Sequence record: PQ433351.1
DNA: 44,261 nt
Reading direction: 5' to 3' (one strand)
From: Escherichia phage vB_Ec-G9
The notes under the pieces are model-generated. The model saw nothing but the letters and a program-made list of their open reading frames with translations. It did no database searches and was not told the DNA's origin. The position numbers and the translations under genes are program-made. This document shows positions 18,081 to 29,129 of the stretch, in pieces (within the stretch, counting starts at the first letter, position 1; every line of letters starts with the position of its first letter).

Positions 18081-18818
18081 ATGCCTGTAATTAAACAAAC
18101 CAGTAAAGTAGGACACATGATGGAAGATGTGGCCTTCCAGATTATTGATAGTAAACTTGAAGCGGTCAACTTATGTATGCGAGCCATTGGTCGTGAGGGT
18201 GTGGATTCTCTCGACTCCGGTGACTTGGATGCAGAAGATGCAAGCAAGATGATTGATATTGTGTCTCAGCGCTTCCAGTATAACAAAGGCGGTGGCTGGT
18301 GGTTCAACCGTGAACCTAACTGGCAAATTGCACCAGACACAAATGGTGAGGTTAACCTACCCAATAATTGCCTTGCTGTGTTGCAATGTTATGCTTTGGG
18401 TGAGAAGAAAGCCCCGATGACTATGCGCGCGGGTAAATTGTACTCTACTTGGAGTCACACCTTTGATATGCGCAAGCATGTTAATGCAAATGGTATGCTG
18501 CGACTTACCTTACTTACACTACTCCCTTATGAGCACCTCCCTACAAGTGTAATGCAAGCAATTGCATATCAAGCTGCGGCAGAGTTTATTGTATCTAAGG
18601 ATGCAGATAAAACTAAACTGGCTACAGCACAGCAGATTGCTACCCAGCTTCTTATGGATGTGCAGTCTGAACAAATGTCGCAGAAGAGGTTGAACATGTT
18701 AGTACATAACCCGACGCAGCGACAGTTTGGCATCATGGCTGGTGGCTCTCAGAATGTACCTGCTTACTCTCATTCACCTTATGATAGTTGGGCGCTCCGT
18801 CCGTGGGAGGATCGTTAA
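18081..18818 (+). CDS. tail tubular protein A
   Basis: RBS AGGAGGG; position; WWFN motif region resembles T7 gp11. Confidence 0.8.
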   Translation: MPVIKQTSKVGHMMEDVAFQIIDSKLEAVNLCMRAIGREGVDSLDSGDLDAEDASKMIDIVSQRFQYNKGGGWWFNREPNWQIAPDTNGEVNLPNNCLAVLQCYALGEKKAPMTMRAGKLYSTWSHTFDMRKHVNANGMLRLTLLTLLPYEHLPTSVMQAIAYQAAAEFIVSKDADKTKLATAQQIATQLLMDVQSEQMSQKRLNMLVHNPTQRQFGIMAGGSQNVPAYSHSPYDSWALRPWEDR

Positions 18819-21220
18819 TGGAAGTACAAGGTTCATTAGGTAGACAAATCCAAGGTATTAGCCAGCAGCCGCCAGCGGTACGCTTGGATGGTCAGTGCAC
18901 AGCCATGATTAATATGATACCAGATGTAGTGAATGGCACTCAATCACGCATGGGTACAACTCATATTGCAAAGATACTTGATGCGGGGACTGATGACATG
19001 GCTACTCATCATTATCGCAGAGGTGATGGTGATGAAGAGTATTTCTTCACGTTGAAGAAAGGACAAGTTCCTGAGATATTCGATAAGTATGGGCGCAAAT
19101 GTAATGTGACTTCACAAGATGCACCTATGGCTTACTTGGCTGAGGTGATAAACCCAAGAGAAGATGTGCAATTTATGACGATAGCTGATGTTACTTTCAT
19201 GCTTAACCGCAGGAAGGTGGTTAAAGCTAGTAATAGAAAGTCACCCAAAGTTGGAAACAAAGCCATTGTGTTTTGTGCATATGGTCAATACGGTACATCT
19301 TATTCCATTATAATTAATGGTGCTAACGCTGCTAGCTTTAAAACACCAGATGGTGGAAGGGCAGATCATGTTGAACAAATTCGAACTGAACGTATCACTT
19401 CTGAATTGTACTCTAAGTTGCAGCAATGGAGCGGTGTGAGTGACTATGAAATACAAAGAGAAGGTACTAGTATATTTATCGAGAGACGGGATGGTGCTAG
19501 CTTTACAATAACAACCACCGATGGTGCAAAAGGTAAGGATCTGGTGGCTATCAAGAATAGGGTTAGTTCTACTGACCTTCTTCCTTCTCGTGCGCCTGAA
19601 GGGTATAAAGTACAAGTGGGGCCTACTGGAAGTAAACCCGATGCCCGTTACTGGTTACAAGCGGAACCTAAAGAGGGAAACCTTGTATCTTGGCAAGAAA
19701 CAGTAGCTGCTGATGTATTACTTGGATTTGATAAAGGTACAATGCCTTACATCATTGAACGTACAGGTATCATTGACGGCATAGCTCAATTTAAGATTAG
19801 GCAAGGCGATTGGGAAGACCGCAAGGTAGGGGATGACTTGACTAACCCCATGCCATCCTTTATTGATGAAGAAGTTCCTCAGACAATCGGTGGGATGTTC
19901 ATGGTGCAGAACCGATTGTGCTTTACAGCAGGTGAAGCTGTCATTGCATCACGCACTTCCTACTTCTTTGATTTCTTCCGTTACACTGTTATCTCAGCTT
20001 TGGCTACCGACCCATTCGATATCTTCTCAGATGCGAGTGAAGTTTACCAGTTGAAACATGCAGTGACTTTAGATGGTGCTACTGTACTGTTCTCTGATAA
20101 ATCTCAATTTATCTTACCGGGAGATAAACCGCTGGAGAAGGCTAATGCCCTACTTAAGCCTGTAACTACTTTTGAAGTGAACAACAAAGTTAAGCCAGTT
20201 GCCACTGGCGAGTCTGTGATGTTAGCTACAAACGATGGTGCATATTCTGGTGTACGAGAGTTTTATACAGATTCTTATAGTGACACTAAAAAAGCTCAGG
20301 CAATCACGAGTCATGTGAATAAGCTAATCGAAGGTAATATTATAGGCATGGAAGCTAGCACCAATGTTAACCGTTTGCTTGTCACTACAGATAAGTACCG
20401 CAACATAATCTACTGCTATGATTGGTTATGGCAAGGAACAGACCGTGTACAATCTGCATGGCATGTATGGGAGTGGCCTTTGGACACAAAGGTACGAGGT
20501 ATGTTTTATTCTGGCGAATTACTTTACCTACTCCTTGAGAGAGGCAATGGTGTCTATCTGGAGAAGATGGATATGGGTGATGCATTAACCTATGGTTTAA
20601 ATGATCGCATCCGAATGGACAGACAGGCAGAGTTAATCTTCCAGCATTTCAAAGCAGAAGATGAATGGGTATCTGAACCGCTCCCTTGGGTTCCTACTAA
20701 CCCAGAACTTTTAGATTGCATCTTAATCGAGGGTTGGGATTCATATATTGGCGGCTCTTTCTTATTCAAGTACAACCATAGTGACAATACTTTGTCTACA
20801 ACCTTTGATATGTATGATGACAGCCATGTAAAAGCGAAGGTTATTGTTGGGCAAATTTACCCTCAAGAATTTGAACCTACACCTGTAGTTATCAGAGACA
20901 GGCAAGACCGTGTATCTTATATTGATGTACCTGTTGTGGGATTAGTTCACCTGAATCTTGATATGTATCCTGATTTCTCCGTGGAGGTTAAGAATGTGAA
21001 GAGTGGTAAAGTACGCAAGGTGCTAGCGTCAAACCGTATAGGTGGTGCTCTCAACAATACAGTAGGTTATGTTGAACCAAGAGAGGGTGTCTTCAGATTC
21101 CCACTGAGGGCTAAGAGTACGGATGCTGTTTATCGTATTATTGTAGAATCACCTCACACATTCCAGCTCCGCGATATTGAGTGGGAAGGGAGCTACAATC
21201 CAACCAAAAGGAGGGTCTAA
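18818..21220 (+). CDS. tail tubular protein B
   Basis: N-terminal GISQQP motif as in T7 gp12; size about 800 aa. Confidence 0.9.
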   Translation: MEVQGSLGRQIQGISQQPPAVRLDGQCTAMINMIPDVVNGTQSRMGTTHIAKILDAGTDDMATHHYRRGDGDEEYFFTLKKGQVPEIFDKYGRKCNVTSQDAPMAYLAEVINPREDVQFMTIADVTFMLNRRKVVKASNRKSPKVGNKAIVFCAYGQYGTSYSIIINGANAASFKTPDGGRADHVEQIRTERITSELYSKLQQWSGVSDYEIQREGTSIFIERRDGASFTITTTDGAKGKDLVAIKNRVSSTDLLPSRAPEGYKVQVGPTGSKPDARYWLQAEPKEGNLVSWQETVAADVLLGFDKGTMPYIIERTGIIDGIAQFKIRQGDWEDRKVGDDLTNPMPSFIDEEVPQTIGGMFMVQNRLCFTAGEAVIASRTSYFFDFFRYTVISALATDPFDIFSDASEVYQLKHAVTLDGATVLFSDKSQFILPGDKPLEKANALLKPVTTFEVNNKVKPVATGESVMLATNDGAYSGVREFYTDSYSDTKKAQAITSHVNKLIEGNIIGMEASTNVNRLLVTTDKYRNIIYCYDWLWQGTDRVQSAWHVWEWPLDTKVRGMFYSGELLYLLLERGNGVYLEKMDMGDALTYGLNDRIRMDRQAELIFQHFKAEDEWVSEPLPWVPTNPELLDCILIEGWDSYIGGSFLFKYNHSDNTLSTTFDMYDDSHVKAKVIVGQIYPQEFEPTPVVIRDRQDRVSYIDVPVVGLVHLNLDMYPDFSVEVKNVKSGKVRKVLASNRIGGALNNTVGYVEPREGVFRFPLRAKSTDAVYRIIVESPHTFQLRDIEWEGSYNPTKRRV

Positions 21221-21948
21221 TGGCTATAGGTTCTGCCGTTATGGCTGGTATGTCTTCTATTGGTAGTATGTTTACAGGCAGCGGTGCAGCAGCCGCTGCT
21301 GGAGGTTCTGCCGCAGCAGCAGGTGGTGGAGGCTTACTAGGTTCCGTGGGAGGTTTCCTAAGTGGTTCCACTGGTGGTTTCTCCAATGCAGGGCTTCTTG
21401 GTGCTGGCCTTCAAGGTTTAGGCTTAATTGGTAATCTCTTTGGCGGCAGTGATGAAGCCAAGGCAATGAAGAAAGCACAAGAAGAACAGTGGCGGCAGCA
21501 ACTTATTGCTACACAAGAAGCATACAAAACAGTAGCAGATGCAGAACGCTCTGCTGCTAAACAGTATCATGCAGATGCAATCAGTAATCAGGCTTCACTG
21601 CTACAGCAAAGAGCACAGGTTGCATTACTTGCTGGTGCTACTGGTACTGGTGGTAACTCTGTGTCTTCTATGCTGAATGACTTAGCAGCAGAAGGCGGAA
21701 GGAACCAGAGTACAATTATCGATAACTATGAGAATCAGAAGATTAACTTCACCAACCAGCTTAAGTCCATCCAACGTGGTGGTCAGATGCAGATGCGTGA
21801 GTTTAAGAAACCTTCTGCCGTGAGCACCTTGGTGCAAGGTATCCCGAGTCTGGCATCTGCCTATGTAACAGGTAGTAAGTCCGGCATGGCTTTAGGTAAA
21901 GCTTTAACTGATTCTCGTACATATTCATCTGGAACAAGAGGTATTTAA
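21220..21948 (+). CDS. internal virion protein A (Gly/Ala-rich N-terminus)
   Basis: Position after tail tube B; Gly-rich low-complexity N-terminus. Confidence 0.7.
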   Translation: MAIGSAVMAGMSSIGSMFTGSGAAAAAGGSAAAAGGGGLLGSVGGFLSGSTGGFSNAGLLGAGLQGLGLIGNLFGGSDEAKAMKKAQEEQWRQQLIATQEAYKTVADAERSAAKQYHADAISNQASLLQQRAQVALLAGATGTGGNSVSSMLNDLAAEGGRNQSTIIDNYENQKINFTNQLKSIQRGGQMQMREFKKPSAVSTLVQGIPSLASAYVTGSKSGMALGKALTDSRTYSSGTRGI

Positions 21949-24896
21949 TGGCAATTGAGCGACAAGCAGTACAAGGTCTGCCACAAGTGCAGGCCACTTC
22001 TCCTAATGTCATGACCTTTGCACCTCAGCGAGTTGGAGGTGTAGAGGCTGGCGTAGCTTCTACCTCCGGTAGTCGATTTATCGAAGATCTTATTCGAGCA
22101 GCCAGCAGTGTAGCTGATGTTACCACTGGTATCCTTAATCAGAAGATTGAGGAAGATAAGGTTGTTCAAATGGAACGGGCATATAACGGATTAATGCCTT
22201 CTGAGGATGCAACTCGTGGTGGCGCTCGTGCTAACATGCTTGTCAAAGCTCAACTGCTAGCTAATGATGAAGCAGCACGAATGAAAGACATGGCTACTCG
22301 TTTCCAAGGAACGGATGATGAGTGGACACAACTTATGGTTGACTCTCGTAATGAGATGCAGAATAAGCTGTTCCAGCAATACCCTGAGTTGCAAGGTGAC
22401 AAAGATACTATGCGTATGATCACTAATGTCTTCCAAGAACAGCAGCCTCAGATTTGGGCTACACGAACCCAGCATAAACTTGACCGTGAACAAGCAGACC
22501 GTGAGGATACCTTTGACGGGCGAGTGGCTTCTACTTGGGATTCTAATATTGACCCTGAAGCCTCTGGCTATGCTTTACAGGAACGAATCCGCGAAGGTCT
22601 TACTCAAGGATTACTACCTGAACAGATGTACAAGAAGTTAGTCCAGCGAGCAATTTCACTTGCACAAGGCGGTGATGTTAGCATGGCTGAAGCCCTGAAG
22701 TATGTGAAGGACGATAAGGGTGTTTCTGTTTATGCTAAGAATCCACAGCTTATCACAGCCATCACTAGTGGTAACGCAGTTTGGGCTAGGAATAATGTAG
22801 CTGATGTAACTCGTATGTCTTTCGAAGTTAAAGAATCCTACCTTGCAGGTGATTTAACTGATGAAGAATTGTTGGAACGAGCACAGCACATTAATAATCT
22901 GACAGGTAACTCTGTCTTCTCTAATCCAGAACTAGAGGCACTGATGCGCCAACGGGCTAAGCAGAATGCAGAGCTAGGTGCAATGCAGGATATGCGACGT
23001 GAGCTTTACTCCGACCGCCTGACTGGCTTCCAAGGTAAGACTGATAAAGAGAAGAAGGCTTACATTGATGTTATCAAACAAGATAGCCAACTTTATGCAG
23101 ACCAGCAAATCAAACAACGTGGCTTGGACCCTTACAGTCAAGAGGCTGAAGCTATTCGTGGTGCAGTGGAAGTGCAGCGCCTGCAATTCATGAACTCCAA
23201 AGGCTTAGTGGATGATACCTTTGAGTCTCGTATCAAAGCCATGGAATCTATGCTATCGCCTGAGCACTTTGCCAAGGGCGAACCACAGGAGTTGATGACT
23301 ATTCGCCAGTTGTGGGAACAGTTGCCAGAAGAGAGCCGAGGTGTCTTTGGTGACACGGTGAATGGCTACATGGATAACTACAACACTGCACTACAAATGG
23401 GAGAGACACCTTTGCAGGCTGCAAGGTTTGCGCGTGAAGCACAGCAGAAATTCTCTCGTACTGAGAAGGAAACCAAGAAGTTCAACTCAGCTATTGGAGA
23501 TGCACTGGATGAGGTATCTGGTGCTGGCTGGTTCGATGGTAAAACCGAAGTGTCAGACTTAGGTAAAGCTATTGCAGAAGAGGAGTTACGAGCTAAGGCT
23601 AATATGCTGTGGTCTAGTGGTATGCGTAACATGGATTCCATCAAGAAGGCTTTAATTACTTGGGGCAATAAACGCTACACTCAATCAGAGGATGCAAAGA
23701 CTTCCGGTGGCTATTTCATTAAAGGTGATTACACTTCTGCATCTGATATGCTTATGTCAGTTGGGAAAGGCGTAAACCCTACCGATGTACCTCTGGCGCT
23801 TGGTAGGTATGTAGAAACACAGATGCCAGAATTGAAGAAGGAACTTCAAGAGTGGGAAACTAAAGATGATATATACATTGATTACAATGAACAGAAAGGT
23901 ACTTTCGTGATTCGTGCTGGTGCAGCAGGTCGCCCTCTTTCTGGAGTAATCCCTGTAACCTCTTTAGATACCACTTCACTACTAGATTCTGCCTATCAGA
24001 AGAAAGTCGAGGAACGAGATAAAGGCGAGTATGTTCACCCTTATCGTACAGATATTGGTGCACAAGAGCCTATGCCAGCTAAACCAACTGCCAAAGATAT
24101 TGGTAAATTTGGACTAGCTAACTTCCTCATGTCTTCTGCTTTTGCTTCTGGTGAGAATCTGCCTTCTAACTTCGAGATTAACTATCGAGGTAATATGCAA
24201 CAATTCTATGACAAGCTAGCTATGGCTGAGAATAAAGATAAAGTTGGCTTTAATAAGGCAACTGGAACCTTTACTCCATATAAAGACGCTCACGGTGAGT
24301 CTATCGGTTACGGTCATTTCTTAACGGAAGAAGAGAAGCGAAACGGGTATATTAAGATTGGCGATGAACTAGTTCCCTATCGAGGGTCTATGTCTCAGCT
24401 TACAGAGAGCAAGGCTCGCGCTCTTATGGAGCAAGATGCTAAGAAGCATGTGCCTCCTACTCGTGACTGGAAGATTCCGTTTGACCAGATGCATCCTGCA
24501 CAGCAACGTGGCTTGATGGATTTAACCTACAATTTAGGTAAAGGTGGAATCCAGAACTCACCGCGTGCTCTTGCTGCATTCAAAGCTGGTAAGCTTACGG
24601 AAGGCTTTATCGAAATGCTGGGCACTGCATCAAGTGAAGGTAAGCGTATTCCTGGCCTACTGAAGCGACGCGCTGAGGCATACAATATGGCATCTGCTGG
24701 TGGTGTGCCTAAGATTACCGAAGTGGAGACTCGTGAAGATGGCTCCATGTGGGTTAGGTTTGGTGGACCTATGCCAGCAGGTTCTGTCTCGGCATGGACT
24801 CATAAACGTATTGGCGCGGATGGTTGGTATCAGGTTTATGAGGCTGCACCTACCAAGTTAGCTAAAGATTCTAAGGTAGGTAAAGTTAAGTTGTAG
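21948..24896 (+). CDS. internal virion protein B with C-terminal lysozyme-like (GH24) domain
   Basis: C-terminal PYKDAHGESIGYGHFLT and GLMDLTYNLG resemble T4 lysozyme YKDTEGYYTIGIGHLLT region. Confidence 0.8.
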   Translation: MAIERQAVQGLPQVQATSPNVMTFAPQRVGGVEAGVASTSGSRFIEDLIRAASSVADVTTGILNQKIEEDKVVQMERAYNGLMPSEDATRGGARANMLVKAQLLANDEAARMKDMATRFQGTDDEWTQLMVDSRNEMQNKLFQQYPELQGDKDTMRMITNVFQEQQPQIWATRTQHKLDREQADREDTFDGRVASTWDSNIDPEASGYALQERIREGLTQGLLPEQMYKKLVQRAISLAQGGDVSMAEALKYVKDDKGVSVYAKNPQLITAITSGNAVWARNNVADVTRMSFEVKESYLAGDLTDEELLERAQHINNLTGNSVFSNPELEALMRQRAKQNAELGAMQDMRRELYSDRLTGFQGKTDKEKKAYIDVIKQDSQLYADQQIKQRGLDPYSQEAEAIRGAVEVQRLQFMNSKGLVDDTFESRIKAMESMLSPEHFAKGEPQELMTIRQLWEQLPEESRGVFGDTVNGYMDNYNTALQMGETPLQAARFAREAQQKFSRTEKETKKFNSAIGDALDEVSGAGWFDGKTEVSDLGKAIAEEELRAKANMLWSSGMRNMDSIKKALITWGNKRYTQSEDAKTSGGYFIKGDYTSASDMLMSVGKGVNPTDVPLALGRYVETQMPELKKELQEWETKDDIYIDYNEQKGTFVIRAGAAGRPLSGVIPVTSLDTTSLLDSAYQKKVEERDKGEYVHPYRTDIGAQEPMPAKPTAKDIGKFGLANFLMSSAFASGENLPSNFEINYRGNMQQFYDKLAMAENKDKVGFNKATGTFTPYKDAHGESIGYGHFLTEEEKRNGYIKIGDELVPYRGSMSQLTESKARALMEQDAKKHVPPTRDWKIPFDQMHPAQQRGLMDLTYNLGKGGIQNSPRALAAFKAGKLTEGFIEMLGTASSEGKRIPGLLKRRAEAYNMASAGGVPKITEVETREDGSMWVRFGGPMPAGSVSAWTHKRIGADGWYQVYEAAPTKLAKDSKVGKVKL

Positions 24897-24913
24897 TACC
24901 TAACTCAAGGCTT

Positions 24914-24929
24914 GTCTCACATGTGAGAC
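24914..24929. repeat. 16-bp perfect palindrome GTCTCACATGTGAGAC (copy 4)
   Basis: Exact; flanks GCTTG...CAGGT; between the two large internal virion protein genes. Confidence 0.9.
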
Positions 24930-24960
24930 AGGTCTTTATGATAGGCACTATGGAGGATTT

Positions 24961-27900
24961 ATGGAACAAGACATTAAGACTAATTGGGCTGGATATGTCC
25001 AGTCTACTCCTGAGCCGTTTTCTATTGAGGCGGCTCCAGTATTGGCTCCTACGATACGCCAGCGTAATGAGTTACAAGAGCAAGTTCTTGAAGCTAAAGC
25101 TGACGCTGATATCTTAGGTGCTGTAGGTGCTGCCTTCCAGAATGAGTGGTTGGCATTCGGAGGCAAGCGGTGGTATGACCGTGCCACTGCTGATTTCACA
25201 CCTCAACCAGACTTTGAGATACAACCTGAGCAACGTGAAGCACTACGTTTCAAATATGGTACGGATATGATGCAGACAATCACTGAGGGTGTTCGTTCTG
25301 AGGATGAATTGAACTTCCGTATTCAGAATGCCGATGAAGACCTTGAGCGCAATAAGCGCATTGCTCAGGCTGGCTGGGTCGGCTCTGTGGCGACGATTGG
25401 CGCTGCTGTGCTTGACCCTGTGGGATGGGTTGCCTCTATTCCAACCGGTGGTGCCGCTAAAGTTGGACTCGTAGGCCGTGCTGTGCGTGGCGCTATCGCC
25501 GCTGGCGTGAGTAATGCCGCTATTGAATCCGTATTGGTCCAAGGTGACATGACTCGTGATTTAGATGACATTATGGTAGCACTAGGTTCCGGTATGGCTA
25601 TGGGTGGCGTTATTGGCGCTGTAGCGCGTGGTAGGGCCACTAAGCTCAGTGAGCAAGGGGATGACAGGGCTGCGAGCGTTGTGCGCAGTGCAGACGCAGG
25701 GGACCGCTATGTTCGTGCTGTTGCCGATGACAGTATCGGTGCGATGCGTGTTAAGGGCGCAGAGGTTCTCACTGAGGGTGTATTCGATATCTCCAGTAAG
25801 GGTGAAGACCTACTGAAAACCTTGCAACGAGAAGGTAATGCGATTGATATGACACCTCGCCGTTGGGCTGGAACTATGTCTGCCCTCGGTACTGTCGTGC
25901 ACTCATCTAAAGATGCAAGTATCCGAGGCCTTGGTGCTCGCCTGTTTGAGTCCCCGCAAGGCTTAGGTGCACAGAAGGCATCGGCTAGTCTCATGCAGAA
26001 TACTAACTTGAACCGTCTTAAATCTGCTGATATGAATCGTTTCAACGATGGGTTCGATTTATGGCTCAAAGAGAATAATATCAATCCGGTTGCAGGTCAT
26101 ACTAACTCTCACTATGTGCAGCAATATAATGAGAAGGTATGGGAAGCTGTACGCATCGGTATGGATGAGTCTACGCCTAAGTCTATCCGTATGGCAGCAG
26201 AGGGGCAGCAAGCTATGTATCGTGAAGCATTAGCATTACGGAAGCGCTCTGGTGAAGCTGGTTTTGAAAACATTAAAGCGGATGATAAGTATATGCCTGA
26301 TATCTTTGACACTATGAAAGCTCGCCGTCAGTTTGATAGGATAGGAAAGGATATAGATAAAGAAGACATCATCGAACTTTTCTCTCGTGCCTACCAGAAT
26401 GGCGCTCGTAAGATTCCAAAGGAAGCAGCAGATGAGATTGCACGAGCACAGGTAAATCGCGTTGCTGATGCTACCTTAACTGGAAAGCTTAGTTTTGAAA
26501 AGGCAATGTCAGGTCAGACTAAGGCAGAGTATGAAGCTATCATGCGTAAGGCAGGCTTCAGTGATGAAGAAATTGAAAAGATGGTAGAAGCTCTGGATAA
26601 CAAAGAAACCAGAGATAACATCTCTAACCGAGCTAAAATGAGTTTAGGATTAGATGTTACTCAAGAATACAATGGCATTCGTATGCGTGACTTCATGAAT
26701 ACCAACGTGGAAGAGCTAACAGATAACTATATGAAGGAAGCAGCAGGTGGCGCTGCATTGGCTCGCCAAGGCTTCTCTACCTATCAGGCTGCACTTAATG
26801 CAATTGACCTTGTAGAGCGAAATGCACGAAACGCGGCTAAGGATAGCAAGGCTAGTTTGGCATTAGATGAAGAGATTCGTCAGATGCGAGAAGGTCTTCG
26901 CCTGATTATGGGCAAGTCGATTGATGCAGACCCACAAGCTATATCTACTAAGATGATGCGTCGTGGTCGTGATATCACAGGTGTGCTTCGCTTAGGTCAA
27001 ATGGGCTTCGCACAGCTAGGTGAACTTGCCAACTTTATGGGTGAGTTTGGTATTGCTGCAACCACTATAGCTTTAGGTAAGCAATTCCGCTTTACATCTA
27101 AGGCTTTGCGGAGCGGTGATGGCTTCTTCCGAGATAAGAACTTGGCAGAAGTAGAGAGGATGGTAGGTTACATCGGTGAGGATAACTGGCTAACAACTAA
27201 GGGTGCACGTCCTGATGAATTTGGTGATGTAACCACAGTAAGAGGGATGATGGCTCACTTCGACCAATCCATGAACTCAATACGTCGTGCTCAAACCAAC
27301 CTATCACTCTTCCGCATGGCACAGGGTTCTCTGGAGCGAATGACTAATAGGCAAATAGCTTTGTCTTTCATTGACCACCTTGAAGGCAAGAAGATTATTC
27401 CTCAGAAGAAACTGGAGGAACTTGGTCTTACTCAGGAGGTCATGACTAACCTACAGAAGCACTATGATGCTAACTCTAAAGGTTCTGGCTTGCTTGGCTT
27501 TGATACAATGCCTTATGCCATGGGTGAAACTTTAGCTAATGCTATTCGTCGTAAGTCAGGTCTAATTATCCAACGTAACTTCATTGGTGATGAAGGTATC
27601 TGGATGAACAAAGCACTAGGTAAGACATTTGCACAGCTTAAGTCATTCTCTCTTGTATCTGGTGAGAAGCAATTTGGTCGAGGGATTCGCCACGATAAAA
27701 TTGGTCTTGCTAAGAAGACAGCTTACGGTTTTGCTTTGGGTTCAATAGTGTATGCGGCAAAAGCCTATGTGAACTCTATTGGGCGAGAAGACCAAGATGA
27801 ATATTTGGAAGAGAAGTTATCGCCTAAAGGGTTGGCCTTTGGTGCAATGGGTATGATGAGTACAACTGCTGTATTTAGTCTAGGTGGAGATTTCTTAGGT

Positions 27901-28158
27901 GGCCTAGGTGTTCTACCTTCTGAGTTAGTACAATCCCGTTATGAGGCTGGATTTCAGACTAAGGGTTTGATAGACCAAATACCACTAGTAGGTGTTGGTC
28001 AAGATGCATATCGTTTAGCAGCTTCTATAACTAAATACGCAGAGGGTGATACAGAAGGTGTAGATGTGGCACGTAGGGCTTTACGCTTAGTGCCTCTAGC
28101 TAATGTAATAGGAATCCAGAACGCATTGCGTTATGGCTTAGATGAACTGGAGGATTAA
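24961..28158 (+). CDS. internal virion protein C (ejection/core protein, 1065 aa)
   Basis: Size and position equivalent to T7 gp16; RBS GGAGG. Confidence 0.8.
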   Translation: MEQDIKTNWAGYVQSTPEPFSIEAAPVLAPTIRQRNELQEQVLEAKADADILGAVGAAFQNEWLAFGGKRWYDRATADFTPQPDFEIQPEQREALRFKYGTDMMQTITEGVRSEDELNFRIQNADEDLERNKRIAQAGWVGSVATIGAAVLDPVGWVASIPTGGAAKVGLVGRAVRGAIAAGVSNAAIESVLVQGDMTRDLDDIMVALGSGMAMGGVIGAVARGRATKLSEQGDDRAASVVRSADAGDRYVRAVADDSIGAMRVKGAEVLTEGVFDISSKGEDLLKTLQREGNAIDMTPRRWAGTMSALGTVVHSSKDASIRGLGARLFESPQGLGAQKASASLMQNTNLNRLKSADMNRFNDGFDLWLKENNINPVAGHTNSHYVQQYNEKVWEAVRIGMDESTPKSIRMAAEGQQAMYREALALRKRSGEAGFENIKADDKYMPDIFDTMKARRQFDRIGKDIDKEDIIELFSRAYQNGARKIPKEAADEIARAQVNRVADATLTGKLSFEKAMSGQTKAEYEAIMRKAGFSDEEIEKMVEALDNKETRDNISNRAKMSLGLDVTQEYNGIRMRDFMNTNVEELTDNYMKEAAGGAALARQGFSTYQAALNAIDLVERNARNAAKDSKASLALDEEIRQMREGLRLIMGKSIDADPQAISTKMMRRGRDITGVLRLGQMGFAQLGELANFMGEFGIAATTIALGKQFRFTSKALRSGDGFFRDKNLAEVERMVGYIGEDNWLTTKGARPDEFGDVTTVRGMMAHFDQSMNSIRRAQTNLSLFRMAQGSLERMTNRQIALSFIDHLEGKKIIPQKKLEELGLTQEVMTNLQKHYDANSKGSGLLGFDTMPYAMGETLANAIRRKSGLIIQRNFIGDEGIWMNKALGKTFAQLKSFSLVSGEKQFGRGIRHDKIGLAKKTAYGFALGSIVYAAKAYVNSIGREDQDEYLEEKLSPKGLAFGAMGMMSTTAVFSLGGDFLGGLGVLPSELVQSRYEAGFQTKGLIDQIPLVGVGQDAYRLAASITKYAEGDTEGVDVARRALRLVPLANVIGIQNALRYGLDELED

Positions 28159-29120
28159 TGAGTTATACTTTCACAGAACATATAGCCAACGGTACGCAAG
28201 TAACCTATCCCTTTAGCTTTGCTGGTAGGGATAAAGGTTATCTTCGTGCCTCAGATGTGATAGTGGAATCTCTTCAAGGTAACACTTGGATTGAGGTTAC
28301 ATCTGGCTGGCAACTAACTGGCACGCACCAGATTACTTTTGATGTAGCACCAGTTGCAGGTTTGAAGTTCCGTATTCGGAGGGAAGTACAAAAGGAGTAT
28401 CCATACGCTGAGTTTGACCGTGGTGTTACCTTGGATATGAAGTCTTTAAATGGTTCTTTCATTCATATACTGGAGATTACACAGGAGTTACTTGACGGGT
28501 TTTATCCAGAAGGATACTTCATTAAACAGAATGTAAGCTGGGGTGGCAATAAGATTACTGATTTGGCTGATGGCACAAACCCGGGAGATGCAGTAAATAA
28601 AGGGCAGCTTGATGCCATTGACAAGAAGCATACAAATTGGAACACCAAACAGGATATTGAGATTGCTGGCCTTAAGGCTAGTATGACTTCTGGTATTGCG
28701 CACAGAACTGTTCCTTGGTACACGATAGCCCAAGGTGGTGAGATTTCCGTAAAACCACCTTATGAATTTCAAGATGCACTAGTTTTCCTTAATGGGGTAT
28801 TGCAGCACCAAATTGTAGGCGCATACTCTATAAGCAACAACACTATCACTTTCGCAGAGCCGCTTGTGGCTGGTACAGAGGTGTATGTGCTGATTGGTAG
28901 TCGTGTGGCTACATCTGAACCTAATATTCAGTTAGAGTTGAACTTTGACTTAGTAGAAGGCCAACAAGTAGTACAGATTGGCTCTGCATTTAAGTACATT
29001 GAGGTCTACCTTGATGGATTATTACAACCTAAACTTGCTTATCAGGTAGACGGTGACATTGTTACTTTCTCAGAGGGAGTGCCAGAATGCCGGATGACTG
29101 CTAAGATTATCACAGCATAA
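28158..29120 (+). CDS. tail fibre adaptor (T7 gp17 N-terminal domain-like)
   Basis: N-terminus MSYTFTEHIANGTQVTYPFSF and GGNKITDLADGTNPGDAVNKGQL parallel T7 gp17 N-terminal domain; no long distal domain. Confidence 0.75.
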   Translation: MSYTFTEHIANGTQVTYPFSFAGRDKGYLRASDVIVESLQGNTWIEVTSGWQLTGTHQITFDVAPVAGLKFRIRREVQKEYPYAEFDRGVTLDMKSLNGSFIHILEITQELLDGFYPEGYFIKQNVSWGGNKITDLADGTNPGDAVNKGQLDAIDKKHTNWNTKQDIEIAGLKASMTSGIAHRTVPWYTIAQGGEISVKPPYEFQDALVFLNGVLQHQIVGAYSISNNTITFAEPLVAGTEVYVLIGSRVATSEPNIQLELNFDLVEGQQVVQIGSAFKYIEVYLDGLLQPKLAYQVDGDIVTFSEGVPECRMTAKIITA

Positions 29121-29129
29121 GGAGGTGGG

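Noticed and set aside
26291-26312. Promoter-like TTTGACACTATGAAAG inside internal virion protein C gene
   Set aside because: Lacks the A at -1 and the upstream ATTTAC half; too degenerate to call.
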